Notes: generated by a model from the letters alone, not told the origin. A stretch of 64,000 nucleotides of DNA from Octopus sinensis (GCF_006345805.1 NC_042997.1:62372001-62436000); one strand, 5' to 3'. Shown: positions 39,591 to 52,342, counted from the first letter of the stretch. Numbers and translations are program-made.

Positions 39591-41199
39591 TGTAATGTGT
39601 AGGTGCAATGGTTCAGTGGTTAGAGCAGCAAACTCGCGATCATAAGATCGCGGTTTCGATACCGAGACCGGGCGTTGTGAGTGTTTATTGATCGAAGACA
39701 CCTAAAGCCCCACGTGGCTCCGGCACGGGTAGGTAGCGAACCCTGCTGTACTTTTTCACCGGCCATGGTTACGCGTGTCTGTGGTTTGCTCACCCATTTG
39801 CACGTTAATTTCACGAGCAGGCAGTACCGTTGATTAGATCAACTGGTACCCTCGTCGTCGTAACCGACGGAGTGCCGTAAAAATATAGGCATACCTACGG
39901 ATGTGTATCCCACCTGATTTTGTTGCTTCATAAGGTCCAGAAAAATGGATACTTTTTAACTAAATTTTCAACAAATACTGCTTAGATGTTCTAAATTTAG
40001 AGTATCCTGGGATTTGTTGCAAATAATGTTTGGAGAGAGAAGTGTTGGAAAATTCAAACGATCCGAATTTTTTCCCTTTTAACTTTCAGGAAAATGAGTA
40101 TCTTTTAATGAAAGTTTATACAACTATCTTTCAAACGGCATAGATTACGATTATAAAGAAATTTTGGGTGGAAATTTTATCTGAGTGGATGGGGAGAGGA
40201 ATTTCGGATCAGGAAGTTTCCCCGTTTTGACGTGGATTTTCTCCATTTTTTATTTTTACCACAGCCTTCGGAATAATGGCGCTGATGCGGGGAGGGTACA
40301 TCTTTTGTATGACAAAAAAGGTTATAAATGTTTTTATTACCCCCCCCCCCACACACACACACTCATCATCCCACTCCAGACCGGTTTTGCCATATTTTTT
40401 CTTTGCACTCTGAAACCATGCAAGCAGCCTATTCGGTAAAAAAAAACAAACAATTGTAAATATTTTTCAGAGGAAAAAGTGTGTGATTTAAGGTTGTTGT
40501 TTCTAGCACATCCCAAGACCATACTCCTCGATTCTTTCTCACTCTCGCATGTATTGGTGTTTTTCAATATTTTTCTCTCCATAAGGCGGCGAGCTGGCAG
40601 AAACGTTAGCACGCCGGGTGAACTGCTTACCAGTAATTTGTGTCTTTATGCCTGAGTTCAAATGCCGCCGAGGACGACTTTTCCTTTCATTCTTTCGGGG
40701 ACGTTAAATTAAATACCAGTTGAGTACTGAGGTCTAATCGACTGGCGCCCTCCACCAAAATTTCGGGCCTTGTGCCTAGAGTAGAAAAGAATATTTTTCT
40801 CCCCATCAACACATTTATGTTATAAAAAAAATTTGAAAATTTATGAAATTTTTACAATTTAAAATATTGGAGAGTCTGATGCTTTTGTCCAGCAATTAAA
40901 AAAAAAGTTATGTAAGAGATAATTCATTTTAATAACACTTTTCTGTAAGAATATGCTTTTTCTTACACACACAGACACACACAACACATACACACACACA
41001 CACACACACCACACACACACACACACACACACGGTCTCGATTGAGTGAGGTGGAGGTAACAATTTTAATTGCTATTTTTTTTGCCACTTATACCCCACCA
41101 ATGGACCACATGTGCGTTACTTCAGCATCATCATGTCATAAAATGTGTTTAATGAAGAAAAATAGTGTAAAACATGTGAAAAAAACATGTGAGAGTGAA

Positions 41200-41480
41200 A
41201 ACGGAGTGCTAGAAACAACAGCCAAATCTCCTTTGAATCGCACACCTTTTCCTCCGAAAATATTTACAATTTTTTTTTTACCGAAAAGACACCTCCCGTG
41301 GTTTTAAAGTGCAAAAAAATTGGTCAAAATCGGTTCGAAGTGGGATGGTGATAAGGGGAAAGTAATAAAAAATTTTCAAAACTTTGTTATAAAAAGATGC
41401 CCACCAATCCCATCATTTTGAAGGATGTGGTGAAAAAAATCTCCGTCAAAACGGTGAAATTACAACTTATGAAAATTTTC
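41200..41480 (-). repeat. Inverted, diverged copy of the unclassified repeat at 34510-34915 and 40185-40590
   Basis: GTGCTAGAAACAACA..GAAAATATTTACAATT..TTACCGAA..GTGGGATG..TCTCCGTCAAAACGG matches the reverse complement of those copies. Confidence 0.7.
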
Positions 41481-41710
41481 TGGAAGTTATGAGGCAACAA
41501 AGTCGGTGGTGGAGTACACATCTATAGAGATGCTTATATGTATATATACATATATGTATATATATGCACACATGCATACATATGCACATACATGCATACA
41601 GACCTACGAACACAGATTTTTTCACAGCCTAAGCTTGTGGAAGCTATTGTATATGGATGTGTTTGTGTGTTATGTATGCTTATTGTGTTAATCCAACTTA
41701 AATCACTAAC

Positions 41711-41845
41711 CTTTAGTGCCATTTTGCTGACATTAATGTTTCTAGCTTTGAGACCAACATCAAGTTCTTCAACCGACAAACATCCATCCTTGTTTTTATC
41801 AATTTCATCGAACTTTGCTTCCCATTCTTGTTTTGTTAGATTCAT
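41711..41845 (-). CDS. EF-hand first exon, variant 3 (no own exons 2/3 found)
   Basis: MNLTKQEWEAKFDEIDKNKDGCLSVEELDVGLKARNINVSKMALK, canonical loop DKNKDGCLSVEE, donor AAG|GTTAGT at 41710. Confidence 0.84.
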
Positions 41846-41971
41846 CTCTTATGTGTTATATTTTCAGAAAGAAAATTCTTAAGACGAGATAGTACAAGAT
41901 TCACAAGTTGTGTAGAAGTTGAAGTCGAACGTTCTTCTGCACTACAAACTGTAAACTAAAGAATTCGTGAC

Positions 41972-41979
41972 ATTTTATA
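41972..41979 (-). promoter_or_regulatory. TATA box of variant-3 exon
   Basis: TATAAAAT about 127 nt upstream of the ATG at 41845. Confidence 0.5.
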
Positions 41980-42594
41980 TGCAGCTACTGTTTTTTTTTT
42001 TTTGCTTCCATCCAATAATTTCCTTGCATATATAAGTGTATGTACATGTGTGTGCGTTTGTGTGTGTTTGTGTCTGTAAGTGTATGTATCTGCGACCTGT
42101 CAGTGTGAGTGCGTATGTGTGTGTTTTCGTGCGTGGGAAACTTCGGTGTATATGCTTCTGTAATTATTATCGTTATTTTATAAAGTAGAACTACACAATC
42201 GAAACTTCCGTTGAGGCATATCATGAAAGGAAAACAGAAAGTGTCTGAGACTTCAAATAAAGAGCAATTGTTTTTCCCATGTAGGTCTCACACGCACAGA
42301 CACACCGACAAACACTCACTACACTCATTCTCTCGTATACATGCACGCTTACACAAATGCATATTAACACGTACACTTACACATACATGCATACATACAT
42401 ACATGCATACATTCATACATACATACATACATACATACATACATACATACATACATACACACACAAATACAAATGCATACGCAGACATGTATGTATATTT
42501 ATGATAGTGAGTGTATGTATAGCATGTATGGTGAATGTAGAGGGCAGCTGCCGATCGTCAGCATCACTGAGCTCTAGATAAAACATGGTGAGAT

Positions 42595-43400
42595 ATTATT
42601 AAATTGTCCAAAAAGTTCTGAGCGTCTTTTAATATGCAAAAAAGGATCCAAATACTTGACCTTTCAATAAATTTTATTCAATGAAATAATATTATTATTA
42701 ATTTATTAATGACATACGCCCATCTATCAGGTAATTTAAATATTCTATCAGCATAAAATTTGACTGGTTTTCAAGAAAAAAGTTATCTAGATGCATTTTG
42801 ACTCCATCTAAATCGTTAAATGTTTTCCCTTGCAATGAGTTCTGTAGAGACAAAAACAAGTGGTAGTTGGATGGCTCAATATCAGGAGAATATGGTGGCT
42901 GGGGTAAAAGATCCCTGCGAAGTTCATGTAACATTGTTCGGATAGCCAAAGACACATGTCGTCGGGCATTGTCTTATTGGAACACTACCCCTTTTCTTTT
43001 GGCAATCTGCGGCCTCAGTTCTTTGATTATTTTTTTATTCAAATTAGCCAGCTGACGACAAAACACATCAGAATTAATGGTCTGGTTTTGTGGGAGAAGC
43101 TCACAGTAAATAATGCCTTTATGATCCTACCAGAGACAAAACATAGTTCTTTGGCATAGAAGTTGGTCTTGGGTTGCTGTTTTGGGGGATCCTTACACAA
43201 ACTTCAGGATCTTTTTCGTACTATGTTTTCGTACACAATCCATTTTTCATCATGTGCAAATGTCGCCCAGGTTAACTTTTATTCTTTTCGTGCTGATAAG
43301 TAAAGTACTACCACAAAACTGGTGCAGTCTTCTTACGCTCCATCGTCACATCCTAACTTTTCCGCTGAATTGCTTGCAGGAGAGTCGATAGAGTGTCTAT
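42595..43400 (-). mobile_element. Decayed mariner transposase
   Basis: QDNARRHVSL...QPPYSPDIEPSNYHLFLSLQNSLQGKTFND. Confidence 0.85.
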
Positions 43401-44569
43401 GTTTGCTTGCGTCTACATGGGCACATGAAACGTTTGCGAAAGAATGGTGCATATTGATACTAAGTTACCAATAGCGAGTGACTGTTGTACATTTTTTAAA
43501 ATTAAATTTTGTTTCGTATACAGAACTTGTAGCGTGGCTCTGTGGTAAGAAGCTTGTTTCCCAAATACGTGATTCCGGGTTCAGTCCCGCTTTATGGTAC
43601 CTTTGGGCAAGTGTCTTCTACTGTAGCTTCGGGCTGACGAAATCCTTGTGAATGGATTTGGTAGACGGAAACTGAAAGAGGCACGTTGTATATAATATAT
43701 GCATATGTAAAAACCAACACTTCCTTTTTCCGATTCGAAACCGAATCTAAGGATTCTCACTCGTCTGATCCACCACTGACCAAACAGGCGCGAAAGAATT
43801 TTCTTTGTCTTCTCAAAAAATGATGGATTATTTCCCTTCAACCTTCGACCTCAGCCGTGTCATTTAAGGTTCAAGTGGCCAGAATGTGACCTACTTAATT
43901 AGGAATTTCTCCTCTGGTATGTCTATCCTTCTAGCTGTCACGACTGTTATAAAATACGGTACTCCATCAAGGGACAAAGTCAGATTCAAAATCAAACGGT
44001 CAGTGAGAGCAATCACAGTCAGAGACAGAGGGAAAGCGCCAGTGAAACTGACAACAGAGAAGCAGATATTCAACATGAACGACCGCCGATATTGCAGACA
44101 CTAAACAGACACCATTGATTGACCAACGCACACACAGACACAAAACATGTCCGGTTCGTGCCTATCATATCCACAGTATATACCCTGTTAATTTCTTCGC
44201 CAGCTCAAAGCGGTTGGTATTGATGTGATGTAGTGAAATATTTGTGTATACAACAGGTAAATGCAAGTGTCGTTTCAATAAATTATTTAAACAACAAACC
44301 AATGTTTTTATGTCATCCACATGCCTATTTTATCTGCTACCACAACATCTTGTGCTACATCTTTTTCCAGTACACATATATACATACATATACGTACATA
44401 CATATACATACATACACGTACATACATATACATACATACATACATACATACATACACATATATATATATATATATATATATAATAATATATATATATATA
44501 TATAGAATATATATACATATATATATATATATTATACATATATATCTATATATATTATATATATATATA

Positions 44570-44603
<34 letters not shown>

Positions 44604-44616
44604 ATCAACACAAATG

Positions 44617-45010
44617 AGACTGAACAAGGAAACATTCTTCATTGAAAAGTACAAACCCAGACTCAACCATCCGAACATACTGACACAGAGAAATTAACAA
44701 GGAAATGGGAAAAAAAATTTTTTAAGCGATTATCTCCCCTACACCGGAAAAAATCACTCACTACCTCCCCTTATTTAGAAATCTCCTGGAAATAAAAACA
44801 ACGATAATTCCATGCATATAAACATAACGTCACAAGAAATTTGAAAAAGCTACACGCGAAACCGGTAATTCTTTAAAAAATTTAAAATATGTCATTTTAA
44901 GGAAAGGAAAAAAATTTTTCCAATATTCTCCAGACATTTTGACACAAATATATATATTTTTTAACATCTAAGCCTTCTGTCGTTTTTTCACACTTTACTA
45001 TTTTCTTATA
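44617..45010 (+). mobile_element. Penelope-like 3' end with degenerate hammerhead (44838-44870)
   Basis: RLNKETFFIEKYKPRLN; UUGAAAAA-GC uacac GC-GAAA-CCGG-UA. Confidence 0.65.
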
Positions 45011-45013
45011 TAT

Positions 45014-45059
<46 letters not shown>

Positions 45060-45165
45060 ATGGATATATCAATGGCGGTGCCCCAGCATGGCCATAGCTC
45101 GTGAGCTGAAACTAGATAAATAAAATAAGAAATAAAATATATATATAATATATATACATTCATAC

Positions 45166-45213
<48 letters not shown>

Positions 45214-45374
45214 GACAGGATTCTTCAGTTTTCCGTCTACCAAATTTTTTAAGCCTAGTACTTATGCTATCGGTCTCCCTTGCCGAAACGCTTAGTTACG
45301 TAGACGTAAACACAACAATACTGGTTGTCAAAACGGGTGCTGAGGGAACAAACACTGACATAATGACACACACG

Positions 45375-45399
<25 letters not shown>

Positions 45400-45405
<6 letters not shown>

Positions 45406-46700
45406 AAAAGGAAATGAAGAAAATGCTGACAAATAATTGAAGTAATTTAAGTAATTTAATTAGGTGAAAGTTCTTTTTACCGGTTGCGCATTTGTTATGC
45501 TTATAAAATATAAAAGAGAGATTAGAGTGTCTCTTAATGTGAAAAAAGAGGCTCCAGAGTTGTTTTGGATTTGCTTGGTTCGCGCCTAAAATTTGATTGG
45601 TCATTATGAAGGGGTCACGTGAATGTTTGAATGGAAGTTGGTGTTGGGGTAAGAAAAAAGGCTGCAGAGAAGTTAAAATTTGGCTAGTGTCCCGCCTAAA
45701 ATTTCTTATTGGCCATAATAAAGAGGGTCACGTGAATGTTTAGAATTTTCGAAAATAGTGTTGTTGAAAATTCTTATTGTTCAGGCTGGTCAGTAGACGT
45801 CATGTGGATATATTTTAAATAGCTTTTTAGCGCGTAGTTAGTAGGAGGGGTGTTTTCCGCTTGACTGGATAAGTAAGTTCGTTGAACAGAAGGGGAGAGC
45901 TGTTGTATGTATGTATGTGTGCGCGCGCGCGTGTGTGTGTTTATATGTATGTTGGGGCGCGCGCGCGTGTATATATGTGTATGTGTGTGGGTACAATTTT
46001 CAATATTATATAGTTCTGCTGGCCTTGTGCTGTATCGGGAAGCAACGTATTTGTGTGAAGTCAATATTTACAGCCATTTCCAAAAATAAGTGTTGGATGT
46101 TTTGCACCCGTATTCAATTATGTGTGTATGTGTGGAACATATATTTGTGTGGTCATGGTGTTAATATCTGGGTAAAGTGTGTGTGTAGGGGTGTGTGCAG
46201 GTGTAAGTGTGTTTGTTGTGGGTTCGTGTTAGGGGCATGTGTTTAGAAGTGGACTGTATTTATTAAATAAGGTGGGATTCCGGTTATTCGCTGGGTATGA
46301 GTGGCATTGTCTTTAAATTTGTAGAGGGGAAAGATTCTAAAATTGGGATGGAGTTGTGCGGCACAGGTATCAATTGAAATTTTAGGCGGGACACTAGCCA
46401 AATTTTAACTTCTCTGGAGCCTTTTTTCTTACCCCAACACCAAATTCCATTCAAACATTCACGTGACCCCTTCATAATGACCAATCAAAATTTTAGGCGC
46501 GAAACCAAGCAATCCAAAACAACTCTGGAGCCTCTTTTTTTTCACATATAAGAGACAGACTCTAATCTCTCTTTTATATTTTGATAAGCATAACAAATGC
46601 GCAACCGGTAAAAAGAACTTTCACCTAATTAAATTACTTAAATTACTTCAATTATTTGTCAGCATTTTCTTCATTTCCTTTTTTTATATCACCACTCGTG
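45400..46700 (-). mobile_element. 5'-truncated Penelope-like element with an inverted pLTR copy
   Basis: Minus strand 46375-46240 reads IDTCAAQLHPNFRIFPLYKFKD...KYSPLLN, homologous to the 28-kb PLE; 45400-45700 is mirrored at 46378-46680; hammerhead-like motif at 46579-46612. Confidence 0.85.
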
Positions 46701-46719
46701 TTCGACATCTCCCTTTTTT

Positions 46720-46764
<45 letters not shown>

Positions 46765-46770
46765 GTATAT

Positions 46771-46835
<65 letters not shown>

Positions 46836-47096
46836 TATGTATTGATGATGATTGATTCTAGTTTCAGCTCATGAGGAGCTGTGGCCATGCTGGGGCACCG
46901 CCATATATATATGCGCAGGAGTGGCTGTGTGGTAAGTAGCTTGCTAACCAACCACATGGTTCCGGGTTCAGTCCCACTGCGTGGCATCTTGGGCAGGTGT
47001 CTTCTGCTATAGCCCCGGGCCGACCAATGCCTTGTGAGTGGATTTGTAGACGGAAACTGAAAGAAGCCTGTCGTATATATATATAATATATATATA

Positions 47097-47133
<37 letters not shown>

Positions 47134-47515
47134 ATGTGTGTGTATGTTTGTGTGTCTGTGTTTGTCCCCTAGCATTGCTTGACAACCGATGCTGGTGTGT
47201 TTACGTCCCCGTCACTTAGCGGTTCGGCAAAAGAGACCGATAGAATAAGTACTGGGCTTACAAAGAATAAGTCCTGGGGTCGATTTGCTCGACTAAAGGC
47301 GATGCTCCAGCATGGCCGCAGTCAAATGACTGAAACAAGTAAAAGAGTAAAGAGAGTAAAGAGTATGTGTGTGTGAGAGAGAGTGGATTTGGTAGATGGA
47401 AACTGAAAGAGGCCCAAATACACTCATATGTATATACCTTACAACGGACCTCTTTCAGTTTCCGTCTTCTAAATCCACTCATACACACACATATGTATGT
47501 GTGTGTGTGTGTGTG

Positions 47516-47567
<52 letters not shown>

Positions 47568-47939
47568 TGTGTCTGTGTGTGTGTCGGTGTTTGTTCTCCT
47601 ATCACCGTTTCACAACCGGTGTTGTTGTGTTTTCGTCCACGTAACGTATCGTTTCGGCTAGGAATACCGATAGAATAAGTACTAGGCTTTAAAAACAAGT
47701 CTCGGGGTCGATATGTTCGACTAAAACCCCTTCAAGGCGGTGTTCCAGCATAGCTGCAGTCAAATTACTGGAACAGGTAAATGAATAGAAGAATAAAAAG
47801 ATCTTCGATGCCTTTTTGTGTCTACATAGGCATATGAAACATTAGTGAAAGCATGATTCATATTAGGTACTAAGTTATCGATCGCGAGTGACAGCTGTAC
47901 TTTTATTAAAATTTAGTTTATATATAGAACTTGTCCTGG

Positions 47940-48270
47940 TGTGCTCAGGGATGAAACAAAACGATTTTTGTTGAACTCGCATCCACCATAATCATGTACA
48001 ACCACGCACATATTTGGCAAAAAATCAAACAATTAGTAAACTGGGCTGGTTAGTAGTCGCCTTCTGCCTACATTGTACATTGAGGCCTCCGACCTCCACC
48101 TATTTTAGGTTCTATGAAAGATAGTCTTCGGGAACAACTATTTGATGGTGCAGACGAGGCAAAAGTAACTGCAAAGAAGAGCGTACAACAAAGCGTACAC
48201 TTGTCTTGGGTCCAACGATGGTGCAAATGTATCGGTTGTGGTGGAGATTTGGCTGACTAATAACTGTGTA
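47940..48270 (+). mobile_element. Highly decayed mariner C-terminal remnant
   Basis: Frameshifted resemblance to SDxHLFGSMKDSLRG; VQRWCKCIGCGG. Confidence 0.45.
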
Positions 48271-51200
48271 TAGAGGAAGAATTACTCTAATAACATGTGC
48301 AATATGAACGACCTATGTCTATAAATGAAAGAAGTTAGCGCTCTTTCGCATTACACTTAGTACTCATGGCTGGCCGCCGTTACATTTTTCTGCAAAATAT
48401 TTTTTAGTTTATCCTGTTCATCATGCTATATTATTAGCATTATCTTACGTTTGAGAAAAAATTATTTCCTTATCTTTCAGTACATAATATTTTGATAGAT
48501 GCTACATTTGGTTTTTTAACTGTAGGAGACTTTAGTTTCACCCTATGTCCTCAACTGGAGGTTTACCAGTTTTGTAAACCAGCTTTTAAGAAATTTTCTT
48601 TTGATTGAATAGTTTTAACTGGATATTCTCATGTCTTCCAATGGCAAAATGTAAATTTGGAGTTGGTTAAGGAGTGTTAAAGGCTTTACATAATAATTCA
48701 CAACAACAATAGTTTTATGGCTTTTATTTGAGGTGCACGATATATCATTCTTAAATAAAAATCACCCGCTTATTCTATTTATAAGTATATGTCAGTTGAA
48801 GCTAAATGAATTTAGAACAGAAGGGGAGAAAACTTCCAGAAAACTGTCTTTTTCTAACGCTACATCCTCCGTATCGTTAATTCTTTATATATGTCAATAC
48901 ACAATAACATTGCATGGGAGGAAAAAATTGCCATGTTACAGAAGTGATATTCTTTGGTTGCACCACAACTGATATGATCGAACATTACAGTCAAAATATC
49001 TTATATCTTTATATCTTATATAATATATGAAGTTGGATCTTACATTCAAATCATGCACAATTTGAAAATTTGTGTATATACACATGATATATTTAACACA
49101 TCGTTATCAATTTTTCCTTGACATCTGAGTTTACGGGAAAATTATAAACAAATATGAATGGAATTGATCGTATTTCCATCTTGCACCGAATTCAATGAGT
49201 TTACTTTTTCCATTTTGTTTTCTTCAGGAACATCCTAGGTAATACTCTACAGACGGGTATTTTCTGGAAAACTCACACCCTCAGTTCATCAAGTCTTCAT
49301 TTTAAATATTCTTACAATATGATTGGAAGGACATTGTATAAGTTCAATAAATGCTTTCATTGTAAATAGATTGCTAACTTTCTTGACTTAAGTTATTTTT
49401 TATTTTTATTTTTAAGGTTTTGAGATTTCATTAAATTAAACAGACTAGATTTGAAATTTGCAATATCACTATAATATATTTCATTGATAGTTCCATAGAC
49501 TATCCGAGATGTTGGTCTCACAATCATTACTAGTGGCAACATTTGCTATATTATCTTGTTAGAGGTAAATTCTGTCTACCATGTTTTCCGAGCTTGGTTT
49601 TGGTTATTCTATCTTTATTAACCAAATCTATGTATGACGTATTGCCATAAATAGGTTGTCAAGTATTTATCATCATCGATTTGAACATTGTCTACGAAAT
49701 AGCATCATGCTATCTAGAAGGGACCGCGAACATATGTTAAATATGTTTTGTTATTTTTTTGTCTACAATAGGAAACAAAGCTTTACATACTTTAATGCTA
49801 TTACATTTTCAACACATTATTCAGCTAGTGAAGGACTGCGTGACCCTGATATATTTTAGATACAAAGCATCCAAGTAAAATTGTCACATTTTCACAGATA
49901 GAAAACCTTGAAATTTCTTCTGTTATCTAAAATAATCCTTGCCATTTTTTGTACGGCAAAATTCTCCGCATAGCAAGAAATGGGGAGCTTAGATTTAACA
50001 GAAGTTATTATCAGAAATGTGAAGGCGCATGGCCTGGTGGTCAGGGTGTTGCACTCATGATTGCGAAATCGTGATTTCAGTTCTTGGAAAGAGTTGTGTT
50101 TAAAACAAAACACTTCATCTCAAGCTACTCTGCGATCACTTCGACACCTAACGTGTTGTACATCGTGAACCTGCTCAGGCAACGTCGATTTGATGGGCGG
50201 GGTGTTAGTTAATGTACGGCACATGCATTTGATCACTAGAAACAAATTATTTGTGCTAGTTGATCTGAAAAGAATTGCAGAACCGTTTTTCTTGGACTAC
50301 GAGAGACTACCATATATTACCAGGAATGTAGAATAAGCTATTCTAACGATCTGCTCACCAAAAATATAAGTGAAGTCAATTTCTTGTCGCTATTTTACTC
50401 TCTGATGGAAGTTTCACAAGGTTACTTTCACATTTCTTTCTCCATGTAAAAAGTAGTTGTAAAAGCATTAAGAGATTACTTTGATAGTTATATGAACGTG
50501 AAATGCAAAATTTCCGACCATGGGGTTTTAGTTGTTTGATCATATGAACTATATCTGCTCACTGAAATAGCTATAAGTGGCTACCAACTTCTACAGAAAT
50601 TTAATAGTTCCACATAGTGTATGACAAAGCAGGTCTTTCGGATTACAACCAATCCGACGGAGTCCAACGTTGTTTACATGCACACACTTCCACCCGCAAA
50701 TCTGTGGGACTGCATGGGAAAATTGTTAACCACTCGGCCACATTAGATTTACGAAAAGGTGATTGAAATGAAAAATTTAAGGCTGGATATCAGGAACTGA
50801 GTTGTGGAAACAGTCAACTAAGTTGTTGCCTTCAACTCTACTTTCATTGCATACCGAGATAATATTTCTACGAGAAATATACATGAGTAAACTGCAGTCC
50901 ACGGGACTTTCTGAATGGCACGTCTAACGAAAGCTTACTTCAAAATTTTTTAATAACCCAGCCCGCCTGATGGTGAGTCATGCTGCTTCTTGAAAAAGTT
51001 GGTTATACCTGGTTTAAAGAGTATCCTGCACACAACATCCCCACCCCACATACACACACGCGCGCGCACACGAAACAAGTTATGAATAAAGAAGCTAGCA
51101 ATTAAGTTTCTTTTCAATGAAATCAACTATTAGCAAACAATATTTGTCTGAAGATATTTATTAATATATTTATTCATTATTTGAAAGCAAATGTGCTCTT

Positions 51201-52224
51201 TTATTTAACAAGCTAATTTCCAGCACTTCGATGATTTCTGATAACAGCCCATAAACGAGCTATAATACGCATCAGTGAATATTTTAATTGATCTAAATTT
51301 GTTTTTTTTTTTTAGATAAAGCTTGATATTCAGGATGAGAAGAGTGGGGGTGCTAGATTCCCTTGTTAGAAAATATAAGGACACAGATCGTGTCGTATAG
51401 CCAGCTGGAGACGATGTCTCCAGGGGCTAAATTACAGCAATTTTCGTCCTAAACCAGGACTGCCATGTTATGTTGGCAAACAATCTTTACTCCAAAGTAC
51501 TGTTGCTGAATATATCTCGTTGTGAGATTTACAAATAGTAAATTTTTAAGAGTTATTTTGCTTGAAATGTTTCAAGCAATTATCTGCTAATTACCTGATC
51601 ATTGTTAAATGGTTGGAATAAATTAGCATCAGAAGTGTTGTGGAGTGAGTGATTTAAATTTTGGCACAAGGCCTGCAATTTAGGGGTAGTGGGTAAGTTT
51701 ATCATATCGATTCCAGAGTGCTCCACTGGTACTTATTTTAACGGCCCCGAAAGAGTGAAAAACAAAGTCAACCTCGGCGGAATTTGAACGCAGAATGTAA
51801 AGACGGACGAAATGCCGCTAAGCACTTTCACCGGCATGCTAACGTTTCTGCCAGTTCGCCGCCTTATGTGAAGTCATTAATATGACCATTAGCAAAAGAC
51901 GTTGAATAAATAAAAGCTGTCATTTATTCATTGCATGTTTACTTTCATATTTCCGTCTATATTAATGTTATATACATAGACACTGTAGTCTTCTTTCTTA
52001 ATGATAATAATCATCCTTTCTACTATATGCACAAGGCTCGAAATTTTGGGGAAGGAGTTAAGTCCATTACATCAATTCCAGCACTCAACTAGTACTTAAT
52101 CTATCGACCCCGAAAGGATGAAAGGCAAAGTCGGGATCGGTGGAATTTGAACTCAGAATGTAAGGACAGGCGAAATGTCATTCAGCATTTGGCCCGGCGT
52201 GCTGACGATTGCCAGCTCACCACC

Positions 52225-52272
<48 letters not shown>

Positions 52273-52286
52273 TAATAATAATAATG

Positions 52287-52342
<56 letters not shown>

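Larger units (their letters stand above)
40180..42500. repeat. Segmental duplication, copy B
   Basis: Colinear with 34510-37100, including the same repeat, SINE and exon. Confidence 0.85.

Noticed and set aside
43886-44104. Overlapping ORFs (cadherin-like guess on the minus strand)
   Set aside because: No cadherin calcium-binding motifs or convincing splice context; probably a TE 5' region.
49200-49245. Possible 11-nt plus-strand micro-exon (cag|GAACATCCTAG|gtaata)
   Set aside because: No other plus-strand exons were found to support a host gene.
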